DNA of 64,000 bases from Marispirochaeta sp. (GTDB lineage: Bacteria > Spirochaetota > Spirochaetia > JC444 > Marispirochaetaceae): assembly GCA_963676835.2 (NCBI GenBank), contig CAXXFF010000002.1:1728001-1792000 (forward strand). Direction: 5' to 3'. The notes beneath the pieces are model-generated. The model worked only from the letters and a program-made list of their open reading frames with translations, did no database searches and was not told the DNA's origin. Numbering within the stretch: the stretch's first letter is position 1; each line of letters opens with the position of its first letter. This document shows positions 17,311 through 27,260 of the stretch, piece by piece. The translations under genes were made by a program, and so were the position numbers.

Positions 17311-19755
17311 ATGCTGAGCTGGCTGAGGAAAAAGCGTCAACATGACTACGATGACCTGGTGCAGGAACGCTGGGAAACTTCGTTTACCCGCAAAGATGAT
17401 CGCCGCTTTCCCCCTGAGGAAGAGGGGATGGGGTACGTTGCCGGGGAGGAAAAACAGGGCTATCGTCTCTCACTTGAAAAGAAACAGATCTTTGCCTGGG
17501 TGGAAGACCCTGTCTACCGCTATGAAGATCTGCTGCTGGAAGCGGATGTCCATTTTGACTCGGGCAACGGATACTCTGCGGCGGGCTTCCTGTTTCGTTA
17601 TATTGAGGAGGGTGGGTACTATTCTTTTCTTGTCTCCAACCGGGGACATTTCCGCCTCGACCTGGTATTTAATGGTAAACCCCGAACCCTGATTCCCTGG
17701 ACCCCCGCGCCGGAACCCGAGGATGACCATATCTATCTGCGAATCATTGTCCGGGATTCAGGGATTGTCTGCACGGTTAATGAGCAGTGGGTGGCGGAGC
17801 TTGAAGATGAAAACCTGAAAGGCGGGCGAATTGCTTTTGCCGGCCAGAATTATGATGAAAAGGAAACTGCCGGGTTTACTCTTGAGAAACTGAGGGTTGA
17901 TTCCATTCCTGTGGATATCGAAGCTTCATGGTATCGCTGGAACAAGGCGGTCAAGCCGGAACGCCCCAGGCGGATCCTTCTTGCCGAAAGCCTTTACAGC
18001 GGAGGTTCCTACCCTGCGGCAGCGGTGCAGCTGAAGAAAGCATTTACCCAGGCGGATCCCTCCGCACCGGAGTACTTTCTGTTAGCTGAATGCTGTATGC
18101 GTCTCGGACTTTATGACGAAGCACTTGCCGCGGTGGATAATACCCTGAAAATTGATCCTGCCTACTCTGATGCAATAAAGGAGCGGGGGAACCTGCTTTA
18201 TATACTTAATCATTTCCTTGAACTCCGGGATTATATCGCTGCCCGCCCGCAATCCCTGGCTGATGATCCCATGCTGCTGAATCTGCTGGGTCATGGGGAA
18301 TTCGGTGTGGGCAACTGGGCAGCCGCGGCGGATGCCTACGCCGCTGCAGCAGCGGCGGATCCCTCCATGCCTCTCTATCTGGTGAATGCTGCCAGGGCTA
18401 AAGAGCGCTGCGGCAGAAAGGATGAAGCGGTGGCTGATTACCTGCAGGCTGCACGCCTCTATTTCCGCCAGGAGGCCTATTATGATCTCGAGGGAATTAT
18501 TCCTGCCCTTCAGGAGCTGGTTCCGGATAATCCTGAAGTCAGAGGTCTTGAAGGGAAGGTTCTTTTCGGCCGGGGAGACTACTCCGGGGCGGATGAAATT
18601 TTCCGGGAGCAGCTTGAAGCCGGCAGCGGCGACAGCTCCATCTGCTTTCTTCACGGCATGGTGCAGATCCTTACGGGACGCCGGGATGTTGCTGCGGAAT
18701 ATCTTCTCCGGGCCACCGAGCTTGAGCCGGAATACTACCTTTACTGGCTGCGTCTTGCGGACAACCTTCACGCCATGGGCCTCGATGCGGGGGATGAGAT
18801 TCAGCGGGCTATCGATCTGGCCCCGGATGATCCCTGGGTTCTGAACCTTGCGGGTCTTATTCGGGCCGAGGAAGGGGACTTTTCTGTTTCCAGGCAGTAT
18901 TTGTCCCGGGCGGCGGAAAAAGCACCGGAGGAAGAGGAAATTCAGGCCAACATGGCCTATCTTATCAGCCGTGAAGAGGGGCTTGAAGCCGGAATTGCCT
19001 ATATCGACGGTCTTGGAGATACCTTCCCGGAATCTCATATCCTGCTTAATCAGCGGGCCAATTTTCTTGTGGAGCTTGATCTGCTGGAAGAAGCGGTTAT
19101 GCTCTATGAAAAAGCTGTGCGCATGGCTCCGGAAAACAGGGACTACAGAATGAACTGTGCCTCTGCCTGTCTTAAAGGAGATATGATCAGCCGGGCTGAA
19201 GAGCTGTATCAGGAGCTCCTGGAAGATCAGCCGGAAGATCCTGCATCCATGACGGGTATCGGCAACTGCGCCTGGGTAAAGAGCGAGTTTATCCGGGCGG
19301 AGGCCGCCTACAGGGAAGCTGTGCGGATTAAGCCTGAAGCAGAGGATGCATGGAGTAATCTGGTTGAACTGCTGTATACCATGCGCCGTTTTCCCGAGGC
19401 GAAAAAAGCTGTTGCAGATGCCCGCGAGGTACTGGGAGATGAACTTCCCCCAAGGCTTGCCTGGCTTGCCGAAAGGATTACCGGGGCCACTGAAGACAGG
19501 TATTCCTGTGCCGACTGCGGTCTTTCCTGGGCAATTGAAAAAAGCGATGATCCTGTGCCGCCATTAAGGCTCCATGGGGAGCCTCCGGGAAATGCTCCAG
19601 CCGGAAAGTGCAGTGAGTGCGGAAAGGTTTTCTGTGTTACCTGTGCTTCTTCCCGGGTGCAGGATTCCAGGCTGATCTGTGAATGCGGTGCTCCCCTCAA
19701 GTTGAATGAAGCTCCCCTGAGGCGTATCCTGCTTCGGGAAATTGAGCGTTCTTGA
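17311..19755 (+). CDS. Multidomain protein: N-terminal beta-sandwich (DUF1080/lectin-like), many TPRs and a C-terminal 8-Cys zinc finger
   Basis: AGFLFR...GGRIAF beta-rich region, TPR repeats, and C-x2-C-x30-C-x2-C-x4-C-x2-C-x11-C-x-C. Confidence 0.85.
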   Translation: MLSWLRKKRQHDYDDLVQERWETSFTRKDDRRFPPEEEGMGYVAGEEKQGYRLSLEKKQIFAWVEDPVYRYEDLLLEADVHFDSGNGYSAAGFLFRYIEEGGYYSFLVSNRGHFRLDLVFNGKPRTLIPWTPAPEPEDDHIYLRIIVRDSGIVCTVNEQWVAELEDENLKGGRIAFAGQNYDEKETAGFTLEKLRVDSIPVDIEASWYRWNKAVKPERPRRILLAESLYSGGSYPAAAVQLKKAFTQADPSAPEYFLLAECCMRLGLYDEALAAVDNTLKIDPAYSDAIKERGNLLYILNHFLELRDYIAARPQSLADDPMLLNLLGHGEFGVGNWAAAADAYAAAAAADPSMPLYLVNAARAKERCGRKDEAVADYLQAARLYFRQEAYYDLEGIIPALQELVPDNPEVRGLEGKVLFGRGDYSGADEIFREQLEAGSGDSSICFLHGMVQILTGRRDVAAEYLLRATELEPEYYLYWLRLADNLHAMGLDAGDEIQRAIDLAPDDPWVLNLAGLIRAEEGDFSVSRQYLSRAAEKAPEEEEIQANMAYLISREEGLEAGIAYIDGLGDTFPESHILLNQRANFLVELDLLEEAVMLYEKAVRMAPENRDYRMNCASACLKGDMISRAEELYQELLEDQPEDPASMTGIGNCAWVKSEFIRAEAAYREAVRIKPEAEDAWSNLVELLYTMRRFPEAKKAVADAREVLGDELPPRLAWLAERITGATEDRYSCADCGLSWAIEKSDDPVPPLRLHGEPPGNAPAGKCSECGKVFCVTCASSRVQDSRLICECGAPLKLNEAPLRRILLREIERS

Positions 19756-19806
19756 CAAACCGCCGGACTTGAGTAAGATGGTTCTAACGCTCAGTGAGGA
19801 CGTAAC

Positions 19807-20469
19807 GTGAAACGACCCTTTTTATCTTTTTTCTTTCTGGTTTTCTGCTGCTTTTTTCCCGGTTTCCTCATAGCCCAGGAGATTCAGACTGCAGTTCAGT
19901 TTTTTGACCAGGTTTCAGAGAAATATGAATACATTCAGGATTACGAAGCTGACATCGTAATCACCCAGCCCGAAAATGTGCTGGAAGGAATTATCTACTA
20001 TAAAAACCCCAACCGCATCAGGATTAATTTCAGTGATCCCGAGGACCAGGTTATTGTCTCCGACGGCAGACTTTTAACAGTTTATCTGCCCGGTCAGAGT
20101 GTAACCCTTACCCAGAATCTGGCCAGAGGCAGCTCTGAAGCTGCCGGACTGCGTCTGTTCAAACAGGGATACAGCATTGCATACCAGGAGAGCCCCGATT
20201 ATGTTCCTCTCGACGAGGGATCCCGGGAAGAGGTTGTAAAACTCAATCTGGTGTGGAAGACCACCGATGAAGGGTTTCGTCAGATAGAAATGGCCATAGG
20301 CAGAAACGGAATGATCCGCCGGATCAAGGGTATAACCAAGGATTTTGATGAGATTCAGATAGATCTGATGAATATCAAGGTTAACCAGAATATTCCCGAT
20401 GCCAGGTTTGATTACGACAGTCCCCCGTCGTCCTATGTCATAAACAATTTTATTTTTCCCGATGAATAA
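19807..20469 (+). CDS. lolA: Outer-membrane lipoprotein carrier LolA family
   Basis: Signal peptide, KNPNRIRINF, VSDGR and IPDARFDY. Next to rodZ. Confidence 0.85.
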   Translation: MKRPFLSFFFLVFCCFFPGFLIAQEIQTAVQFFDQVSEKYEYIQDYEADIVITQPENVLEGIIYYKNPNRIRINFSDPEDQVIVSDGRLLTVYLPGQSVTLTQNLARGSSEAAGLRLFKQGYSIAYQESPDYVPLDEGSREEVVKLNLVWKTTDEGFRQIEMAIGRNGMIRRIKGITKDFDEIQIDLMNIKVNQNIPDARFDYDSPPSSYVINNFIFPDE

Positions 20470-20484
20470 GGTAAGTAGGTAATA

Positions 20485-21591
20485 ATGGAGTCTATTGGAG
20501 AAAAGCTGCGCAGCCGCCGCACAGAAGAGGGTTACAGCATTAATCAGGTAAGCAGGGATACAAATATCGCCAAAGCCTACCTGGAAGCTCTGGAGAGTGA
20601 AGATTTTCTTGCTTTTCCCGGAGAGCCCTACCTGATCGGATTTCTGCGCAACTACAGTGAGTATCTTGGTCTTGATGTTGATGAGATGATCTCTCTCTAC
20701 CGGAACTTCAAGATACAGGAACAGCCTGTTCCAATGGATGAGCTGATAATGCGCCGGGGGCCTTCTCCGGTTCTGATAATACTTGTTATCCTGCTTTCCG
20801 CCGGGGCTCTCGGAGCAGCCGGGTTCTTCCTCTATCCGAAGATCATCTCTTCCGGAGGGAGTGTTGAGAAGCCCGTTGAGACAGCCCCTGAGCCTGTTGC
20901 TGCGGAGGAGCCGGCTGTTGAAAGCGGCGGTCCGGTGTTCTCTTTTACCGATGAGATTGTCGAGCAGCGCTTTGAAGCTGAAACGGCTGTTGAGTTTTCC
21001 CAGGGAAGTGAATCCCGCCGTTTTGTTATCCTCCTTGAGGATGATGCTGTAATACTTGCGGCGGCAGCGGATAATATTTCCTTTAAACTCGGGGAAGAAA
21101 AGGATATAGATCTCAACGGAGACGGAAATATGGACCTGAAGGTCCTTGTCCGTGATATCGATACCTCCGCCGGCACTGCGGTTTTGCGTCTCGACAAGTC
21201 TGTATATGTCCCCCGTCAGCCACGGGTTGAAGCTGTTGATCTTCCGACAGGATCAACTCAGGTCGCCTCAAGAACTCTGGAACCCCGCGTTCTCTACAGT
21301 GCAAATTCTCCCGAGGTAATCACCATGACCATCGGCTTTCGCGGGAATACTCTTTTCCGCTATGCCGTTGATAACGATCCCCGGGAGGAACGCTTTTTTC
21401 AGAAAGGTGAAGCCCTGAGGTTGAGTTTTTCAAACTCCCTGAGGATCTGGGCCTCCAATGGCGGTGTTGTTCAGGGCAGGCTCAAGGGTGAAGATGTCCC
21501 TCTTGGCAGATCCGGTCAGATTGTTGTCTGGCTCCTCAAGTGGCGTATTACCGATGGTAAGTACGAATTAATGCTCAACCCCGTCTACTGA
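20485..21591 (+). CDS. rodZ: RodZ-like helix-turn-helix membrane protein
   Basis: N-terminal HTH (YLEALE...PGEPYLIGFLRNYSEYLGLD), one TM helix and a periplasmic domain. Confidence 0.85.
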   Translation: MESIGEKLRSRRTEEGYSINQVSRDTNIAKAYLEALESEDFLAFPGEPYLIGFLRNYSEYLGLDVDEMISLYRNFKIQEQPVPMDELIMRRGPSPVLIILVILLSAGALGAAGFFLYPKIISSGGSVEKPVETAPEPVAAEEPAVESGGPVFSFTDEIVEQRFEAETAVEFSQGSESRRFVILLEDDAVILAAAADNISFKLGEEKDIDLNGDGNMDLKVLVRDIDTSAGTAVLRLDKSVYVPRQPRVEAVDLPTGSTQVASRTLEPRVLYSANSPEVITMTIGFRGNTLFRYAVDNDPREERFFQKGEALRLSFSNSLRIWASNGGVVQGRLKGEDVPLGRSGQIVVWLLKWRITDGKYELMLNPVY

Positions 21592-22907
21592 TGCTGCAAA
21601 AGGTTGCCATAGCCAGTCTGGGCTGTGCGAAAAATCAGGTTGATACAGAATATCTCATTTCCCTGCTGCATGCGGCGGGTTACACCTATACCGGCGATTA
21701 CTCAACTGCCGATGCCATAATTGTAAACAGCTGCGGTTTTATTAATCCCGCCAAGGAAGAGTCAATCTCGGTGACAATGGAGCTGAAAAGGCAGTATCCG
21801 GAGGCAAAAATTGTCCTTGCCGGATGTCTCGCCCAGCGCTACGGCCGTGAGATGAATCTGCCTGAAGCTGATGCTTTGGCGGGAAACCGTAATCTTGATT
21901 CCGTTATTGAGGCCCTGAGGGCCCTGGATTCTGAAAACCGTCCGGTGGTTATGCTTGAAGGCGATACCGGAGAGATCGAACGGGTAAGGCTGCTCTCGGA
22001 AGAGGGCACTGCTTTTGTAAAGATTGCCGAGGGCTGCGATAATAACTGCACCTACTGTGCCATTCCGCTTATCCGGGGGCCCGTGGTCAGCCGTTCCATG
22101 GATGCCGTAGTTGAAGAAGTTAAGACCCTGATAGAGCAGGGGATATTTGAAATCAGCCTGGTGGCCCAGGATCTGGCCTCATACGGCAAGGACCGGGGGA
22201 GCCGGGAACTTCCCGAACTTCTTCGGAGAATCAGCGCTCTTTCCGGAGATTTCTGGATCCGTCTCCTCTATATTCATCCCGACCGTTTTCCCGAAGAGAT
22301 TCTTCCTGTAATGCAGAAGGATCCGAGGATTCTTCCCTATTTTGACATACCCTTCCAGCATGCTTCATCACGGGTTCTCCGCAGAATGGGGCGCCATGGA
22401 TCTGCCTCATCCTACCTGGAGCTTATGGGCCGTATCCGGCAGGCACTTCCCGATGCGGTATTCCGGACAACCATGCTGCTTGGTTTTCCCGGAGAAGGAG
22501 AGTCTGACCGCAGAGAGGTCGAAAAGTTCCTTAAGGACGGCAAATTCCTCTGGGCCGGATTTTTCATCTACTCCCCCGAAGAGGGTACTCCGGCTTACCG
22601 GTTCCGGGAGATTCTTCCCGGACTGACCGCCATGAGGGCCAGACGCTGGCAGAAGAGACTGCAGGAAGCCCAGACGGAGATCAGCAGAGAGGTTCTGTCC
22701 GGTTTTATCGGCCGTGAATTGCTCCTGCTGGTTGAAGAGCCGGTACAGGAGGAGGACCTGGCCATAGCCAGAAGTTATCTTCAGGCTCCCGAGGTGGACG
22801 GATCGGTTGTACTTCATGGGGAAGATCTTAAAGCCGGCCAGCGGATCACTGCCGGAATCGTGGCGGTAAACGGGATCGACCTTGAGGCTAAACCGGTTTT
22901 ACGGTAA
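21591..22907 (+). CDS. rimO: Ribosomal protein S12 methylthiotransferase
   Basis: SLGCAKNQVD, GCDNNCTYC and APEVDG (TRAM domain). Confidence 0.95.
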   Translation: MLQKVAIASLGCAKNQVDTEYLISLLHAAGYTYTGDYSTADAIIVNSCGFINPAKEESISVTMELKRQYPEAKIVLAGCLAQRYGREMNLPEADALAGNRNLDSVIEALRALDSENRPVVMLEGDTGEIERVRLLSEEGTAFVKIAEGCDNNCTYCAIPLIRGPVVSRSMDAVVEEVKTLIEQGIFEISLVAQDLASYGKDRGSRELPELLRRISALSGDFWIRLLYIHPDRFPEEILPVMQKDPRILPYFDIPFQHASSRVLRRMGRHGSASSYLELMGRIRQALPDAVFRTTMLLGFPGEGESDRREVEKFLKDGKFLWAGFFIYSPEEGTPAYRFREILPGLTAMRARRWQKRLQEAQTEISREVLSGFIGRELLLLVEEPVQEEDLAIARSYLQAPEVDGSVVLHGEDLKAGQRITAGIVAVNGIDLEAKPVLR

Positions 22908-22918
22908 AGTCCTTTCAG

Positions 22919-25000
22919 ATGGACCGCCCTCAGTACCTTGAAACCCTTAATCCCAGGCAGCATGAGGCTGTTACCCACTTCGGTTCACCCCTTCTTATCC
23001 TTGCCGGCGCAGGCTCAGGGAAAACCAGGGTTATTACCACCCGTATTGCCTATCTGGTGGATCATGTAGGGGTTGATCCCCGTTCTATTCTGGCAGTTAC
23101 CTTTACCAACAAGGCAGCCCGGGAAATGCTCGACCGTGCCAGGTCGCTTACCACCAATGCCGATGGCGTAATGATCCGTACATTTCACTCCTTCGGCGCC
23201 TGGATGCTGCGCAGAAATGCCGCTCTTGCCGGGTTGAACTCAGGTTTTACCATCTACGACGACGATGATGCCCTTACTCTGCTCCATTCCATCGAACCGG
23301 GGCGTAAAAAGAATGACCTCAAACGCTATGCCCGCATGATAAGCCGTGCCAAGGATTACGCCCTTTCCCCTGAAGATGATCTGAGCATAATTTCTTCAGA
23401 GCCCGAACTTCCCAGGCTCTACAAGCGCTATCAGGAGCGGCTCAACCAGATGGGTAATGTCGATTTCGGTGATCTCATTATGAAGCCCATGACCCTGCTG
23501 CGGGATGATCCGGTGCTTGCCGGCCGCTTTCATCAGCGCTACTCAGTGGTTATGGTGGATGAGTATCAGGACTCCAACGTTGCCCAGTATCGTATGCTTA
23601 AATCACTGGCCGGGCCGGCAACGGATGTCTGTGTTGTAGGCGATGAAGACCAGTCCATTTACCGGTTCCGGGGCGCCGAAGTCCGCAATATCATTAATTT
23701 TCCCGAAGAATTTCCCGGTACGAAGATTATCCGCCTGGAGGAGAATTACCGCTCCACCGGTACCATACTCTCGGTTGCTACACAGGTTATTGCCAATAAT
23801 TCCGAACGTCTTGGAAAAACCCTCTGGACAAGCAATCCTGAGGGAGACAAAGCGCGAATTGTGTATCTGAACGACCATGAAGAGGAAGCAGAGTACTGCG
23901 CCCGCCTTCTGGGTGACCGACGCTACAGCGATACGGCTATACTGTACCGTACCAACGCCCAGTCTCTTTCCTTTGAATCGGTGTTCCTGCGCAAGGGCAT
24001 CCCCTATCGTATAATAGGCTCTCTCCGGTTCTACGAAAGGGAGGAGGTGAAGGATGTACTTGCCTTTCTGGCATTCCTTTCGAATCCTCTTGATGAAGTC
24101 GCTTTCCGCAGGATTATCAACAAACCTGCCCGGGGTATCGGAAAAACCAGCCTGCAGAAGATTCTCGACATCTCCGGAGGGGGCAATCTGCATGAGGCAT
24201 GCCGGGAAGCCGCAAAAAATGCCGGAGCCAGAAGCCGCGACGGATTGCTGAGCTTCACCGGTCTTGTCTCCACCCTTGGCGAGATGCTTGCCGAAGCACC
24301 GCTGTCGGAGGTGGTGGAATTGCTGATCCGGGACTCCGGCCTGTACGAATACCACCGGCAGCAGGATGAGGTGGCGGGATCGCAGAAAATCGCCAACCTT
24401 GAAGAGATGGTCAACGCAGCTGCCGACTACGGCAGGGGGGCTGAGGCTCTTGCCTCTTTCCTTGAAGATATAGAACTCGACCGCAGCCGGATGACCGGAG
24501 AAGAAGAGACCGGCGATTTTGTTACCCTGATAACCATGCATAATACCAAGGGGCTTGAGTTTCCCCGGGTGATCATAACCGGTATGGAAGAGGAGCTTTT
24601 TCCCGGTTCCGCCGGTTTCCGTGAAGTTGATTACGAGGAAGAGCGGCGGATTTTCTATGTAAGCCTTACCCGGGCGGAAAAAGAGCTGATCCTTACCAGC
24701 TGCCGCAGCCGATATATATGGGGCAGGCGGAATCTGCAGAGTCCTTCCTGTTTTCTGCGGGAGATACCGGAAGATTGCATAGAAGTCGAAGGTGGAGATT
24801 CTCCTGATGCAGGCTCTGGTCTCAGCTATAATCCCGGCGACGGGGTGTATCATGACGCCTATGGTACCGGGGTAGTGGTTAAATCCTGGCTTAACGGGGA
24901 GCGGGAGCTTATTATTGTACAGTTTGAGACCGGCAGAAGCGCAACCTTTTATCCCGAGTTTGAAAGTCACCTCGAAAGGGTAAGTATAGATGAGTTTTAA
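22919..25000 (+). CDS. uvrD: UvrD/PcrA ATP-dependent DNA helicase
   Basis: AGAGSGKT, TFTNKAA, VDEYQD, GDEDQSIY, KGLEF and EERRIFYV. Confidence 0.95.
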   Translation: MDRPQYLETLNPRQHEAVTHFGSPLLILAGAGSGKTRVITTRIAYLVDHVGVDPRSILAVTFTNKAAREMLDRARSLTTNADGVMIRTFHSFGAWMLRRNAALAGLNSGFTIYDDDDALTLLHSIEPGRKKNDLKRYARMISRAKDYALSPEDDLSIISSEPELPRLYKRYQERLNQMGNVDFGDLIMKPMTLLRDDPVLAGRFHQRYSVVMVDEYQDSNVAQYRMLKSLAGPATDVCVVGDEDQSIYRFRGAEVRNIINFPEEFPGTKIIRLEENYRSTGTILSVATQVIANNSERLGKTLWTSNPEGDKARIVYLNDHEEEAEYCARLLGDRRYSDTAILYRTNAQSLSFESVFLRKGIPYRIIGSLRFYEREEVKDVLAFLAFLSNPLDEVAFRRIINKPARGIGKTSLQKILDISGGGNLHEACREAAKNAGARSRDGLLSFTGLVSTLGEMLAEAPLSEVVELLIRDSGLYEYHRQQDEVAGSQKIANLEEMVNAAADYGRGAEALASFLEDIELDRSRMTGEEETGDFVTLITMHNTKGLEFPRVIITGMEEELFPGSAGFREVDYEEERRIFYVSLTRAEKELILTSCRSRYIWGRRNLQSPSCFLREIPEDCIEVEGGDSPDAGSGLSYNPGDGVYHDAYGTGVVVKSWLNGERELIIVQFETGRSATFYPEFESHLERVSIDEF

Positions 25001-25793
25001 TCTTCCCGGGGCTTCCCGGTTCTCCCATTTTCCGGAAATACGCAGGGCCCGGGGATTTCATCTCTACGGGGCTGACGGCCGTCGCTATCTGAATATGTAT
25101 CTGGATGGGGGCAGAGAACTTTCGGGCAGCCGTCCCGCCGGAATGGGGCAGCGCTTCAAGGCAAGCCTCGATAAGCTGGGGGTAATTTCCTGCGGTACCG
25201 CCTGGCCGCGAAGGTTTGAAAAGCTGCTTCTGAAGCAGTTTCCCCGCTACAGCCATGCCGCGCTTCTTTCTCCGCTGGATTTTTACCGCTTTACAGCGTC
25301 TGCCTCCGGGGAAGTCTGGGATCCCTGGGATGTGGGCTACGGATTGTCCGCACCTGCCCGTGCCGCGGTTTCTCTCTGGCGTCCCTGGCTTGATTCTCCC
25401 GAGGCGGATATTCTTGTGCCTGTAATCCCCGGGGCAGGCACCTGGGGCGCTGTCCCGGTACTTTCCGCAAAGCCGCTGGATTTTGATTCAGCACCGGTTG
25501 CGCCGTTTTTGCTTGCGCCCCAGCTCTTTGCAGCAGGTATGCTTTTTGAGGAAGTTAAAGAGAGAGAATCCTCAGGCTTCGAGAGGATCACCGGTCCCTG
25601 GCGTCAGCTCGGCCCCTATCTCTATCCACTGGGAGAGGAGAAGAGGTATCATCAGGTGACTGTTGAGCTGTTAAGCTGCGGCATATACCCTTCGCCGGAT
25701 TTTTATACCCCGTCGATTGTGCCGGGAGAGTTCAGTGAGGGTGAACTGCGGAGTCTTAAGAAAAAGGAGAACGTATGGGACAGGATCTGCTGA
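24990..25793 (+). CDS. Degenerate class-III aminotransferase-like protein
   Basis: N-terminus IRRARGFHLYGADGRRYL resembles the class-III small domain, but the protein is only 267 aa. Confidence 0.6.
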   Translation: MSFNLPGASRFSHFPEIRRARGFHLYGADGRRYLNMYLDGGRELSGSRPAGMGQRFKASLDKLGVISCGTAWPRRFEKLLLKQFPRYSHAALLSPLDFYRFTASASGEVWDPWDVGYGLSAPARAAVSLWRPWLDSPEADILVPVIPGAGTWGAVPVLSAKPLDFDSAPVAPFLLAPQLFAAGMLFEEVKERESSGFERITGPWRQLGPYLYPLGEEKRYHQVTVELLSCGIYPSPDFYTPSIVPGEFSEGELRSLKKKENVWDRIC

Positions 25794-26074
25794 TTCTGCA
25801 TGTCGGCCGCCTGGTTTTTGGAGGTATAACCGCCTTTCTGGCCATCTATCTCTGGTCCCAGACGCGGGATACCCCATGGATGCTGGTTGTCATGGGAGTG
25901 ATACTCCGCTACCTCGAGATTGCCTATTCCACCCTTACGTTCTTCGGGATTATCGATGATTCAGGACTTCTGTTCTCTTCCATTCCGCTGGCACGGCTGA
26001 TCCTCGAAAATATTCCCTATCTGCTCTTTTCGGCTGCCTTTTTTATTGTTATCCGGCGTCAGCGCTTTCATTGA
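25775..26074 (+). CDS. Small membrane protein (about 3 TM helices)
   Basis: Hydrophobic 99-aa ORF with an AGGAG RBS. Confidence 0.75.
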   Translation: MGQDLLILHVGRLVFGGITAFLAIYLWSQTRDTPWMLVVMGVILRYLEIAYSTLTFFGIIDDSGLLFSSIPLARLILENIPYLLFSAAFFIVIRRQRFH

Positions 26075-26258
26075 ACTCGATTTCAATAGCTTCAGCGGGA
26101 CAGTCTTCCGCCGCCTGACGGGTTTGCAATTTTTCCTCATCTGTCAGGGGTAGACGCTTGACCCGGGCCCTCTGGTTCTGCATAATGAACGTCTCCGGCA
26201 GGAGTTCCTCACAGAGACCGCAGCCGATGCACATATTTTCATGTATTGATACTCGCAT
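26049..26258 (-). CDS. Monocluster ferredoxin
   Basis: CIGCGLC...DCPAEAI. Confidence 0.9.
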   Translation of the reverse strand: MRVSIHENMCIGCGLCEELLPETFIMQNQRARVKRLPLTDEEKLQTRQAAEDCPAEAIEIEFNESADAG

Positions 26259-26410
26259 GAGAACAATGTACTAACAGGTATGGTTTCCAGGCAATCTGCC
26301 GACTGAGCATATTTACACTCCTGGCTTGTTCAGCCCCGTTACACCGCTTGACATTCAGGGTGAAGTGTGAAAATATGTGCTCCAATTCTCACTAATTTGA
26401 GGCGATCTGA

Positions 26411-26836
26411 ATGAAGACAATATTCGTAAAACCGGACAAAGTAGAGCGGAAGTGGTTCCTGATCGATGCCGCCGGCAAGCGCCTCGGTCGGGTGGCGACC
26501 GACGTTGTCCGCCTTCTCAGGGGAAAGCACAGGCCTTATTATACTCCCCATCAGGAGATCGGGGATTTCGTAGTTGTTATCAATGCCGATAAGATCGAGG
26601 TAACCGGTAATAAAGCCCAGCGCAAACTGTACTACCGTCACTCCGGATATCCCGGTGGACTGAAGGTAGAGACTTTCAGCGATCTGCTTGCCCGTAAACC
26701 CGAGGCTCCCCTTGAAAAAGCTGTTAAGGGTATGCTCCCAAAAGGACCCCTTGGACGCAAGCTGTTCAAGAATGTGAAAGTTTACGCAGGGGCGGAACAT
26801 CCCCACGGCGCACAGAAGCCCGAAGTTATCGCTTAA
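26411..26836 (+). CDS. rplM: 50S ribosomal protein L13
   Basis: WFLIDA, LGRVA, HSGYPGG and [10 protein letters not shown]. Confidence 0.98.
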   Translation: MKTIFVKPDKVERKWFLIDAAGKRLGRVATDVVRLLRGKHRPYYTPHQEIGDFVVVINADKIEVTGNKAQRKLYYRHSGYPGGLKVETFSDLLARKPEAPLEKAVKGMLPKGPLGRKLFKNVKVYAGAEHPHGAQKPEVIA

Positions 26837-26867
26837 AAGCGGGCAGTAGAACTAAAGGAGTAAAAGC

Positions 26868-27260
26868 GTGGTTAAAAACTTAGCACTTGGTACCGGACGG
26901 CGTAAAACTTCCGTTGCCCGCATATATCTTCGCGAAGGCAACGGTAAAATTACTGTTAACGGCAAAAACGTTGACGAGTACTTTGCCAACCCCAGTCTGG
27001 TTTTCATGGTAAAACAGCCCCTGGATGTTACTGACTCCCTGACCAAATTTGACCTTGTTATCAATGTTAAAGGCGGCGGAATCAGCGGACAGGCGGGTGC
27101 CTGCAGACACGGAATTGCCCGTGCTCTGACATCCTATGATGATACCAACATCAGACCCCTTCGGGCCAACGGATTTCTTACCCGTGACCCCCGTATGGTG
27201 GAACGGAAAAAGTATGGACAGCCTGGAGCACGGCGGAAATTCCAGTTCTCCAAACGCTGA
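26868..27260 (+). CDS. rpsI: 30S ribosomal protein S9
   Basis: [11 protein letters not shown]...ERKKYG...FQFSKR. Confidence 0.98.
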   Translation: MVKNLALGTGRRKTSVARIYLREGNGKITVNGKNVDEYFANPSLVFMVKQPLDVTDSLTKFDLVINVKGGGISGQAGACRHGIARALTSYDDTNIRPLRANGFLTRDPRMVERKKYGQPGARRKFQFSKR

